A stretch of 64,000 bases of DNA from Marsupella aquatica (lineage: Eukaryota; Plantae; Marchantiophyta): assembly GCA_973895155.1 (NCBI GenBank), contig OZ316899.1:5521241-5585240 (forward strand), written 5' to 3'. The notes under the pieces are model-generated. The model worked only from the letters and a program-made list of their open reading frames with translations, had not been told where the DNA came from and made no database searches. A program made the position numbers and the translations under genes. Positions 12,126 to 23,364 of the stretch are shown piece by piece (position 1 is the first letter of the stretch; each line of letters opens with the position of its first letter).

Positions 12126-15048
12126 ATCAACTGCTACTCAAACTACTATTGCTGCAATCGCGAGCTGCTCAATCTGTTGTTCGTCGCAAGTGTGGCGGAG
12201 GACTGAGACGAGGAGCTAGAGAGTTGCAGAGAAACCAAGTGCCAAACACTCCGCTTGCGAGAATACTCTTTTCCGGTCTTGTTGTTTAGGGTTGTCGGGT
12301 TGGGTCAGAGATGTGGAGGATTGAGGCTGCTGTGCGCAAACATGTTTTTCTTTCAAGTGGTGCTACGATTGCTTGGTGACGGAAGGCTGTTGGATGTGTG
12401 TTGTAGCTACTGTGATCAGTGACCTCTAGTTGGGAAGGACTTGCCAGAGCTGCGGCTGGGGAGGACCTGTGGTTGGAGCTACAGTCGATTGGAGGTGGTC
12501 GCAAGCTGGAAACATTTGGAGGGGTTAGTTTTTTGCAGCTTAAACCTATCGGGAGTTTGCGCTTGTGGCGACACTATCCTTTCTGCCACTTCATGAGTTT
12601 GATATGGACACTGTGTATGAATGTTCTTCTCAGGAGGCGCTACGATGACCACTACATTGCCTTACTCTGTTCATTGCAGTAGCACAAATACTCGATTTCA
12701 TACTGAAATTGCCACCCACTTTGTTTTAGTGTGTTTGACTGCTCGCTCTTGCAACTTTGGAGGAGGGAGTCTACAGGCGGGAACTGACACCATGCATTGA
12801 AGGTAGTTGAAGTCACTTGGAGAAATCATTCTTCCCCGCAATTTTGTCTACCTACATAGCTCTAGCATCCACTATTGTATTGCCCTACGGAGTTTTGATG
12901 TTGTTGTCCAGTCTCTTTGCAAAATGTTATATTCCCATCCAAACTGTACATTGTCCCAAGCACTAGAGTCTCAGCTAGGTTGGAATTGCAATCTGGTGGG
13001 TTTTGTCTAACAGGTCGATCATCCTTCCAAACTTGATTGTCTTCTGAGTCTACCCGCTAGGGGGTAAAGAGGCGCTGACCCTGATCTTGTGGACCCTGAT
13101 CTGATATCCACCTTTGTCAGCTGAATCCAAATGATCAAGTCCAAATGCTGATCAGTCTCACTGGGGTTGCCGGTGCAGACATGACTCGCACTGTGTGATT
13201 GTAGTTTTGCTTTGTCAGGACGAATGTGTTTGGCTAAGATGCTAGATTGTGGCTTGTCTTCTTGCTTCCAGCTCGTGTATATTCAATTAATAGAAGTTGG
13301 GAACGAAGTGAAAATTGAATTTCCTTATATTAAGCATCTTGACCTAGAAACTCAATACATAAACTCCAGGAGTCCCTCGGGATATAAAATGAGCCAAATT
13401 GTTTCAAAATTGGGAACCTTTTGGACAGAGACGATGAGTGGAGTGATTGGAAGGTGCTGGAAGGTAAAGAAGTCGAACCTCATTGATGGCGAGGATCTGT
13501 CCATGAGACTTCTTCACCTTCTTCAACTTTCTCAGAAAGTACCTGGACAGCAAAGGAGAAGTACTCAATACGGGGGACATGAAGGACTCTTTGGGAGAAC
13601 ACCTGTCGTGACCTAACGAAGGTGTAGAGAGGCAGAGACTAAAGAACACATAATTGGGGATAACGCTTGCCTTCTTAGTTTCGTGACTATTTTCTCTTGT
13701 TAGGTTTTCATTCACCTGATTCAAACTTTTTGCTCCGGTGGAATCTGTCTTGTGTTTGTTCTAATTGTTTATATCTCAAGAGGGTCGTCAACAAAGCTGA
13801 CAGGAGTCAAAGGTAACTACAAGCTAGCAGATTGGTCGAATGCTCCCAAGTCGAGTTAGAGGAAGGTTACTAAAACTACACCTTCACAACTCTCAAGTCT
13901 GGAAAGTAAAATTCAGCCTGAGACACGCAGCAAGAACTGTTGTCTACTAGGAACTGTTATTTGCTTTGTTGGGGATTGTCATGTGTATGTAACTGCATAC
14001 ACATTCTACCTGAGGGGAGTATGACTGTACACCTAAGGTAGAACCGAGTAGTATCTGTCGCATGACATAATTCCTCTATAATTCTGTATTAATGTTGCCT
14101 AAGTGCTTTGTTGTATTGTTTTTGTTGTAATGACATCACTTGCATTTCATAGTCAGTCTTACTTGGTTGGCTTGGTACTCATTTGCTTTTCGCTCCTTCT
14201 GGCTATTGAATTTGTCTGCTGTCACTGAGTTTTTTGCGTAAGAACTACATGTTCTTCATTTTCTCAATCGTACTCTCTCCCCTATGGAAGACTATCGGCT
14301 TGGGCTGCCAGCCTTCTCTCTTTTTCAATTTGTTATCCCTATGGTCAAACACTACTTGGTTAGTGGTTTTGCTCTATTTTTGTCTGTTTTGCCTTCAAGT
14401 AGGGCATGGATGAATTGAGCTTGGAGGCAACAAAATGGCAAGGCCAAATCTGAATGGTTCCAGAAGTATGTGTGCTGCATTTTGATAAGGACAACCAATT
14501 GTAGAGTTCACTCTTTCTGAATGTTATAGTCTGTTTTGCCTTCAACTGGGCCATCGAGTACTGCCATGTGATCATGTACTTGCTCTATGAAGTTTTGAAT
14601 ATATAACCATTTTCTTTTAGACCATGCAACTTGGGAGTTGCTAAGTGTCACTTGCATCTGAGGGGCTACACCGGGGGCATCATTGGAGGTTCACATCAGT
14701 GGAGGTTCACAGCCAGTCAATTTCATCTCTACTGCAACCTGCAAGGTGAGACTTTCGATCTTTCTGGATGAAAAAGCAGGATTTAAATATGATTGATATA
14801 CATTTCCGTCGAGAACATGGGTTTATCACCAAGCTCTTTGTCTTAGGAAACTCATAAACTCATAATCAAATATGTACTATGCACATTTCATGCTATGCGT
14901 ATACTATGACTATGTGTAGTTGGGACCAAGATAGTGGGTGGACACTGATTAGTTTAGGTTGGTTGCTGTTGGCGAGGCAAGTCGACCTCCTGCTCGCCTT
15001 GCTCATCAAAGGACATGAACAGAGGACATCACAACAAAAGCAACACTT

Positions 15049-15498
15049 ATGGTGAGGACCCGCAACGCTGAACATGTGCGGCTTGCACGCAAGGCAGAGA
15101 TGTTGCACCTTGAGTATGTCAGACTTGGGATCCTTCCAGCCCAGTCTGCATGGTACTTTGAGTACATTGTTGTTTCCAGGAACAACTACAGTCGGCCTCT
15201 ACCTGCTTCAGTACCCTTCCCAACATCCTTGGTATTTGTGTCTCTTGTACATGACCCGCCACAAATTAGGTGCCAAGGGTGTGTGCACAGTTGCCAATAT
15301 GACTGTCCTACCTGTAGGGCTTCTGGCCTAGAATTGGATGACCATTCTCTTGGATGCCAATTTTTGCACAGAGCACAATGTATCATCTGGAACCACTCGC
15401 CATCCTGCAATGTGCCTGGTGATGTCACTTGTCCTGCCCTCCCAGACCCCACCACCGGTGACTTTGGTGTCTACACATGTTTGGATCACATGCTCTAG
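15049..15498 (+). CDS. Cargo ORF-A: 149-aa Cys/His-rich protein with a divergent PHD-like finger
   Basis: Pattern CPTC...LGC...QCIIWNHSPSC...YTCLDH (C4HC2H-like). Intact, and 133/149 aa identical to 39581-40030. Confidence 0.75.
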   Translation: MVRTRNAEHVRLARKAEMLHLEYVRLGILPAQSAWYFEYIVVSRNNYSRPLPASVPFPTSLVFVSLVHDPPQIRCQGCVHSCQYDCPTCRASGLELDDHSLGCQFLHRAQCIIWNHSPSCNVPGDVTCPALPDPTTGDFGVYTCLDHML

Positions 15499-16114
15499 AG
15501 GACCACTTGTCACACCGCATGCACAGACCAGATACCATTGACCTATAGCTTAACACTCTGACTTCAACACAGAGGATATTTACTTAAAATTTTGATGTAT
15601 GAGCAATTTTGGGTCCAGGGTTTAGGGTCAACAGTACATAACTTATCCTATTATGCCTGCACTAAGCAAAATATCCTAATTTAAGAGGCTAGCAAACTCA
15701 CTTAAAAGTCTCTATTGAAAGACTGCTTTCATGACTACTTTAACCTGGTGAATATTGCAACGTTCAATGAATTAATGGGCCATGTGATAACTTGTAAAAT
15801 GTGATTTATGCCTCACTTATTTGTCTCAGCCACTATCATAGCCTATTTAGGATGTATACATTTCAACTCTTATGACACTGCTTCATACCAATCCTCTTTG
15901 AAGAATGCCTGTTTTACATGTCACGACTATTGTATGTGATTCAAATGCATGAAATGTTGTTGCAGATCTCATTTGGTGAATCATAGCCACAATTAAAATT
16001 GAGGTGTTGGTGGAGCAATTGTATTAGGGGATCAGTTTTGTGTGTTGGCTCAACATACCAAAAGTATGTCTGCTCTGCATCCTTGTGTGGCCATTCCAAT
16101 TCATTGCAGTAGCA

Positions 16115-16256
16115 AATGCCTTTGTACCTTAAATGCTAAATATATTTTACTTTCTATGTAGTCTGCTAAATTGTAGAGTCTATCTAAATGCCTTTGTACC
16201 TTAAATGCTAAATGTATATTACTTTTTGTGCAGTCTGCTAAATTGTAGAGTCTATC
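16115..16256 (+). repeat. ~71-bp tandem duplication upstream of ORF-B (copy 1 only)
   Basis: aaatgcctttgtaccttaaatgctaaat...gtctgctaaattgtagagtctatct occurs twice. Confidence 0.85.
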
Positions 16257-16268
16257 TCATGCGCAGGC

Positions 16269-16949
16269 ATGGCACGACCTAAAATTCAAGCCAAAAAGCG
16301 TGTGACAAAGGTGAGAAACACAGGTGTACTTGGGACAAATGCTACTAACTTCTCTGCAAGTCAGATTTTCCAGAAGGCAGCTCATTGTTGTGCCATTTGT
16401 GACGATGGTGGGGGCCTGGTCATTTGTGAGGGCCCTTGCATGAGGCATTTCCACCTCAGCCCAGAGTCTGACCTTGCTGCAGAAAACAACTGTCCAGGGG
16501 TGGGCCTCCCGTCAACACACCAGGGAGACTAGATGTGCACTGATTGTTTGGAGAAGCAGGCTAAGTGTGCACAGTGTGGAAAGTCGGGGTCCTATGAGGG
16601 CTCTGTTGATGCCCCAGCAATTGTTAGGAAATGTCCAGACCGTTTTTGTGTGAGATTTTTCTGTTTTGAGTGTTTGCCTGCTCATGCCACAGCTTGCCCA
16701 CTTCATAGGTGCAAGGCATGTGGTGAGCATGATCATGAGTACTGGACTGACATAGTCCACTGTGCTAGGTGTCCCACCATGTGGCACTATCATTGCCTGA
16801 AAGATCGTCAAGCAGAGGGTTATGCTTGTGACAGAGAAATCTATGATCACTCTGCACATGGTGTTGATTGATGGATATTTTATTGTCATCGCCATGCCAT
16901 TGATCCTACCTCGTGCACTCCTGTGAGAGATCACATATCTTGGCTGTGA
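16269..16949 (+). pseudogene. Cargo ORF-B: EDM2-type composite PHD module, disabled copy
   Basis: Same 681-nt length as 40700-41380. In-frame stops at 16530-32 (TAG for TGG) and 16869-71 (TGA for CGA). Confidence 0.85.
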
Positions 16950-17541
16950 AGCTGAACATTGTACCTGCACAGTGCACCTGATGTGGATGTACTATTTTTT
17001 GAGATTGCAGAGATTCCAATTTTGAAAAGGAGTTGGGTAGGCGAGTTTATATAGGCAGCACTTATCTTGTGCTCTAGCGTCAGTGGCTAGGTACATGCCT
17101 ATAAAAACTTATCCTTACAAGCCTTCTTGGAAGTATTTAGGCTGAGTGGTCATTTTCATAAACAAAATCATCAGACTGCTAAATTAAAACAGGATTTCTA
17201 AGTTGTAAGCGTATAAATTATCAGGCATGCAATTAATCAAATTGCCCTATAAGTTTGTCATTGAACGTATCCTACTTTACAACAAAATATGTATGTGCCA
17301 TGACAAGTTGGTTGCACTTCATTTCACCTTCGATATGGATTTTGTAGTATATATTCAAACAATGTCCAGCATCCGTGCAGGTGCCTAGTACGTATTGTTC
17401 ACATATCCCTTGTACCTATCAAAATCGGACCTGAGCACCAGTGGGCCAGATCAACTCAAAAAGCAGGAATTTTGTTGTCCTTGTATTGTCAGGTGAACCC
17501 ATTCTTCCAAAATTCTCTGTCATCACGTAGGGTGTGTGTAC

Positions 17542-18414
17542 ATGGAGCCTGGGAAACGTAGAAAGTGTGAGCACCCAGCAGTGTTTACAGGGGTCAGAGC
17601 CATTTTGGTCCATGGCCAGCATGGGTTGACCAAAGTGCATTGGCCAACTGTACAGAAATGATTCTCTGAGCTCCATGGCACTGTAGTTCAGGACATCACT
17701 CCAGAGACTACACATGTTGTTGCAGGGACATGGCTATCAGTGATAAAGAAGTGGTCATGGTCCTACATGAATTCTGCAATTACTAAGCAAGGCCTAAAAG
17801 TAGTTGAGGCCTCTTGGATCACAGATTCCATAGCACATAAGATTGTACAGGATACTGAGCAATATGAGCTATGGGAGGATGAAGAAGCTACTGCATCAGC
17901 TTGGTCTGAACAAGAAGTCTGGTAAGCAAAGGCACGGCTTGCTGATCTCCAATATGGACCTGTACTCAACAAAGGACAGAGCTCTACAAGGCTGAAGAGT
18001 ATGTTGGCTGAGGAGACGAAGCAACCAACCCCCATTCTGAAAGGGCTGAGCATGGTATTTGTGGAGGCGGGAATTAGAGAGGTTAAGTGCAAAGTGTACA
18101 AGTCCATAGTGTTTGACCTAGGTGGGACAGTGGAGGAGAATATAACAGAGGACACCACTCATGTCATTACTATGTCATATCCCAAAGCCTGCCGCAAGTT
18201 TGGGAAGGGAGACATTCGCTTTTATGTCATGTCCCATAATGTGTTTGTGGTTTCATATGCTTGGCTTGTGGAATCAGTAGCAGCTGGGAAGCGTCAAAAC
18301 CCAATGGACTATGATCTTTTTGAGGCCTGACCACGGAAGGGTCAGGATCCTTACAGAGAGGACTATGAGACAACAAGTGAGGAATGGGTCATTAGCGATT
18401 CTGAATCAGAGTGA
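17542..18414 (+). pseudogene. Cargo ORF-C: tandem BRCT protein, disabled copy
   Basis: Single frame from ATG 17542 with stops near 17659 (TGA for CGA), 17923 (TAA) and 18328 (TGA for TGG). TTHVV and WITDS/WLVES BRCT motifs; collinear with 41978-42826. Confidence 0.85.
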
Positions 18415-18619
18415 GGAGTAGTAGCATCAGTTTGGACACAAGTTTTTTTGTATAAATGAGATCATTGAAATAAATGTGATCTTTGAACTAATGTACCTTG
18501 TTATGGTTGGTGGCAGTTGGGCTTATTTTACTGTTGGCGGATTGTTGTTTCCTACTGCCTGGGGGTGTCACTGTAAACGTACTGGGTGGGCTCAAATCCG
18601 GCGGCAGAATTTGGTGGGT

Positions 18620-19138
18620 ATGTTGCCTTTCCTAGATCAACAGGCGCTATTACGGCTCCTCCTCCGGGTTGCCATATGGCTGGCCATAGTTAGGACTCTC
18701 CTGCATGGGTTGGTGCTAAAACATTTCTTGGCACTGCCCAAGGATGCAAGAGACGCTAAATCTATCGTGAATGAGGATGCACAGTCCGAAGTGGACATCT
18801 ACTTTTCAGCAGATGAGTTAGACAAGCCCGATGTTGTAGGTGGTTTCTTGTTGCCTGATTTGGCAGATGATATAGTTCTTTCACATGTCTGGCCGAGGGT
18901 TCTTGTGGTGTCCTGTGCACAAGATATCTGCAAATATAGACAAATTAATACACGGTGGAGGGACTTGGTAGCAACTTGCCCCCAGTGGAGGGCATTGCAT
19001 CCACTGCTTGTAGGCACGGATGCAAGACCCCCATGGCATGAGCAGGGTTTAGACCTTGATGATTTAATGTACATGCCTGAGTACCTGAGGTCTGAGTGGC
19101 ATCAAGAACAGGGTTGGTACCCATATCTCACCTGGTAA
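18620..19138 (+). CDS. Cargo ORF-D: F-box-motif protein lacking a recognisable C-terminal substrate domain
   Basis: LLPDLADDIVLSHVWPRVL...ICKYRQINTRWRDLV. The ATG at 18620 is conserved with 43003. Confidence 0.7.
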   Translation: MLPFLDQQALLRLLLRVAIWLAIVRTLLHGLVLKHFLALPKDARDAKSIVNEDAQSEVDIYFSADELDKPDVVGGFLLPDLADDIVLSHVWPRVLVVSCAQDICKYRQINTRWRDLVATCPQWRALHPLLVGTDARPPWHEQGLDLDDLMYMPEYLRSEWHQEQGWYPYLTW

Positions 19139-19484
19139 TAAGGTGAGATATCTGATACCGCTCTCACACCTGTGCCTGTGACTATACATGATTGGACTCT
19201 GATATGGTCATGGGTGTACATGCAGAGGCGGTACATTTGAGGACAGCGGAGGAGGTGGTGACACCCTCCAACATTTAGGAATTTTGTGTCATTCGCTTGA
19301 CAGTAGGTACACTACTTGCAAACCTGTTTTTTTCTTTTGGGGTGGTTTAGGGTTTGTGAGAATTTAGTACACGTTATGTTAACTCTTTTGGCAGATACAG
19401 TCAGGGATATATGGAACACAAATACCACCATTAGGCATCCTTGTTCACTGCTGTCCATGACTGCAGAGCTCCCAGCCTGTTATA

Positions 19485-22400
19485 ATGCACCCTGGTCACC
19501 ACCCTCCCCAGACCCAGCCTAGGGCACAGGCACTGCCTTTGCATCATCCCACAAGGATATCACGCCATGATAATAAGCTTTGGCAGCGTGAAAGGTTACG
19601 AACCAGACTTTCAAGAGCCAGTAGGATGAGATGTCCTTGTGCAATCTGCCAAGGATCCCGTACTAGGGGTCTGAATGAGGTTTGGCGGCATATCGCGGTT
19701 CATGGAAGAGATCCACGACATCGAGTTTGGAATGATCCTGCAGAGGAAGATTCTTCCGACGAGGAGTGGAGGTTAGAATTTGATGCTGCCAATGCTGCAA
19801 GACGGGCAAGTGAGGTTCTGCCTGGTGCATTTGAAAATGTTGTAGCTGGTCTCTGTGGGTTGTCAGCTCTCCAACGAGATGGTGCTCAGGCAGCACCACG
19901 TGACGAAGGAATTCATGTGGAAGAGATGGTGAGAGACATCTTCCAAGACTTGGATGCATTTCACAATGGGCTGGACAACAAAGAGGATACGGTTGTAGAT
20001 GCAAGTGTGCCCCCTGTCGAAGAGCCTGTTGATGAGTTTGAAATAGGGCAGGAAACCCCTGGACATGATGGGATGTTTGGCTCTCCCCTGCAAATACAGG
20101 AAGGCAGGAAGTCTTTGTACCCCGGTAGCAAATGTTCTAAACTAGGATTTGTCATCATGTTCCTGAACATTTGCGGCAACCACAATGTCCCCAACGTTTT
20201 GGTTTCTGAGTTGTTGGCATTCTTGCGAACAACTGTGCTACCAGATGGTAATATTTTGCCCAAGAACACGTACGAGGCAAAAAGATGCATATCTAATCTT
20301 GGATTGAACTACGATTCCATCCATGCCTGTCCTGATGGGCATGTTCTTTTCAGAAAGGAGTATGCAGAATTGTTGACATGCCCTAAGTGTGGGAAGCACA
20401 GGTATCGAAACTCAGGAAAGTCTATGGTTCCCACCAAGGTACTTCGTCATTTTCCACTCATTCCCAGACTTCAGCGGATGTTCAGAAGCCGTGCCATCTC
20501 GGAGATGATGACTTGGGCAATTGACAAGAAAAGTGATGATGGGCTACAACGACATGCTGCAGATTCAAGGCAGTGGAAACTCATAGATGAGATGTATCCC
20601 GAATTTGCTGTTGAGCCCAGGAATGCCAGACTTGGGCTGTCATTGGATGGGGTCAACCCATTTGGAGACAAGAACAACAAATTTTCGTGTTGGCCTGTAA
20701 CTATTTTGAATTATAACCTTCCTCCTTGGATGACTACAAAGCGATTTTTTGTTCTGATGGTCCTACTGATACCAGGGCCAGACAGTGTTGTATTTGCCAG
20801 CATAGATGTGTTTTTGGCTCCCCTAGTGGAGGAATTGAGAAAGCTTTGGGAGGAAGGAGTCCTCACATATGATGTCCTACAGAGGCTTGGGAGGTTAAAC
20901 CCATTCATCCTTAGAGCCATCGTCATTCTGACTATAGCTGACTACCCAGCCCATGGGATGATATCAGGCCAAACAACAAAAGGATATTGTGCTTGTACTA
21001 TCTGTGGGCGCAATGTCACCAGTGAGTACTCCAGAGCCCTGCAGAAAGTGATATACATGGGCCATCGTCATTTTTTGAAGGCAGATCACCCTTATAGAGA
21101 AAGACAGGCACTGATTGCACACTTTGGCAATGAGATTGAGCAACGTGGACCCCCAGCACGAGTGACCAAAGAGGAGATCAGGCAGTGGGGAGCACTGAGG
21201 GATGACTATATCAAACGAGGGGGCAGGGAAGATGGAGTGAGTGATCCAATAAAGCGATATGGTGTAAAAAGACTGAGCATATTGGACTTGGAGCTCAAGT
21301 ATTGGAGGGTAAGCCTCTTGGAGTTGATGCTAATTGGGATACATGTTTTGGTTCAGAGCATGTGCATTCATTTTGAAGAGAGAGACTAAACTTGAGGCAT
21401 TTGCTGACGCTTTTGCATTGCAACGGTGCAGGAGTTTGAGCAAGCAAACATAACATTGATGTTATGCACATTGAGAAGAATATTTGTGAGAGTCTACTCA
21501 GATTCTTGTGTGGAGAGAAAGACACTGGTTCAGTGAGATTGGATCTTGAACAGAGGGGAATGAAACCCCATCTTTGGTTGAGGCCACATGCCCACAGAGC
21601 TTATGTGCTCTTGAAGTACCAAGCGCCCTATGTTTTGACAGACACATAGTGGGAACTATTTGTGCAGAGGTTAAGTTCTTTGAAGGTTCCTTCAAACTAT
21701 GGCAGTGCTTTCAAGAAGCATATCATGACTAGAAAGCTTGGTAGTATGAAAATCCATGACTACCATATGTTGATGCAACAGGTGTTGCCTTTATGTCTGA
21801 GGGGCCTATTGCAGAAGCCTGTTTGTAATGTGATCATGCGACTCAGTGATGTGTTTTGTCGTATTTGTGCGAAGGTTTGGGATGAAACACACTTCCCACA
21901 ACTAACAAAAGATGTCGCTCAGGTGCTGTGTGACCTGGAGATTTATTTTCCCGCATTTTTTGATGTCATGACCCACCTACTTGTCCATGTTGTGGAAGAG
22001 CTACACCAATTTGGGCCTGTGAGTGCTCGTTGGTTGTATCCTTTGGAACGATACATGAAGTTGCTCAAAGGTCACGTGAGAACATATTACAAACCTGAAG
22101 CAAGCATGGCTAAAGGTTACATCAAGGATGAGACTCTGGGATTTCTGACCGAATACATAGCACAATATGAGCATGTGAAGACCAGGTTGTGGAATTCTGA
22201 TGAGGAGGAAGGGGTCATAGGTGAAGTACTGGAAGGGGCTGCAACCACAAAGAACCTGACCACATCTATGAGGGACTTGGCACATGACTTTGTATTGCAC
22301 AACACTGTGGTGATGGAACCCTGGATATAGTGAGTGCATACATGTGCTATAATCCAGTTCATGAGCTTAAATGTTGTGTGCGTGTGATTTTATCCTTCAG

Positions 22401-23212
22401 CCTGTTCATATTTACCCAAGCTAATGCTGTGTGGTTGTTTGTTCAGGGAGTATGAGTCATTGAAGGCGGCCCATCCCACTGTAGGAACAACTTTTCCAGG
22501 TTTCATGGAGTGGATTAGAGTGGCAATTAGAGAGCATCACGAGACCCACCCAGACATGGATGCAAACGTTTACCTACTGTCTAATGCCCCTAGCCTAAAA
22601 GTGAAGACTTACAAACGGATGAGAGCATATGGGAATCACTTTCGAGTGAAGGATGGTGATAGTGCCTACAAGGTGACAAATGACTGTGGGCTCATCATTA
22701 TATTTGAGCAACGGAGCCACAATCACGACAGGGCCTGGATGGAGATGGGATATGTGGGAGAATTAGTTGACATATGGGCTCTGGACTATGGGGCGGTGTC
22801 CAGTCCTGTGATTCTTATGAAAGGTTCATGGGTGCGGCAGGATTGGCTTGGTAATAGGGCTACCATGAAGAGAGACAACGACGGTTTCTTGCTGGCCAAT
22901 TTCAGAGGGAAATTGCCCAAATGGTCTGAGCCATTTATGTTTCCCAGTCAGGTGGAGCAAGCTTTCTTCCTGGATGTGGAAGACTCCCCAGGTTGGCGTG
23001 TAGTGTGTCATAAATAGGCCAGGCAATGTCGGATGGAAGGATCAAACCTTGAGTTTCATTTACACTCTCATAGTGCCTTTGATCGTCGGCGTTCACACCA
23101 AGTGCCTGTAGTTCATGATAGCGGGGACTTCATTCCTGTGACAAGGGTAGATGCATTTGCTGAAGGAGGCGAATTCAGAGATGCAGATACCAACAGTGTG
23201 CCTGTGCCATGA
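19485..23212 (+). pseudogene. tnpD: CACTA transposase TnpD (Tnp2/Transposase_21, DUF4218, DUF4216), 3 exons: 19485-21308, 21432-22329, 22447-23212
   Basis: Motifs CPCxxC, IHACPDG...CPKC, VLRHFPLIPRLQR, GLSLDGVNPF, YNLPPW, DYPA, DVMHIEKN, HDYH and WLYPLERYM. GT-AG introns conserved with copy 2. A 1-nt frameshift near 21441 and stops at 21647 and 23015. Confidence 0.95.
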
Positions 23213-23364
23213 GTAATGTGAATTGTTTGCATGGACAATAGTGAGGGGATGTGTAATAAAGTAATTCTGAAGCAACACAGATGTATGGATGGATGCCTGG
23301 TGATTGTGGTTGCATTGTATTATACGGGGTGACCATAGATGACATGTTTTTGTGGTCCAGTAGG

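Noticed and set aside
13212-13724. ORFs in the CACTA-1 leader, possibly a small insertion
   Set aside because: No domain, no homologue in copy 2, and no termini or TSD could be defined.
19663-20926. Antisense ORFs over TnpD (and similar ones over other genes)
   Set aside because: Shadow frames of real coding sequence; not conserved between the two copies.
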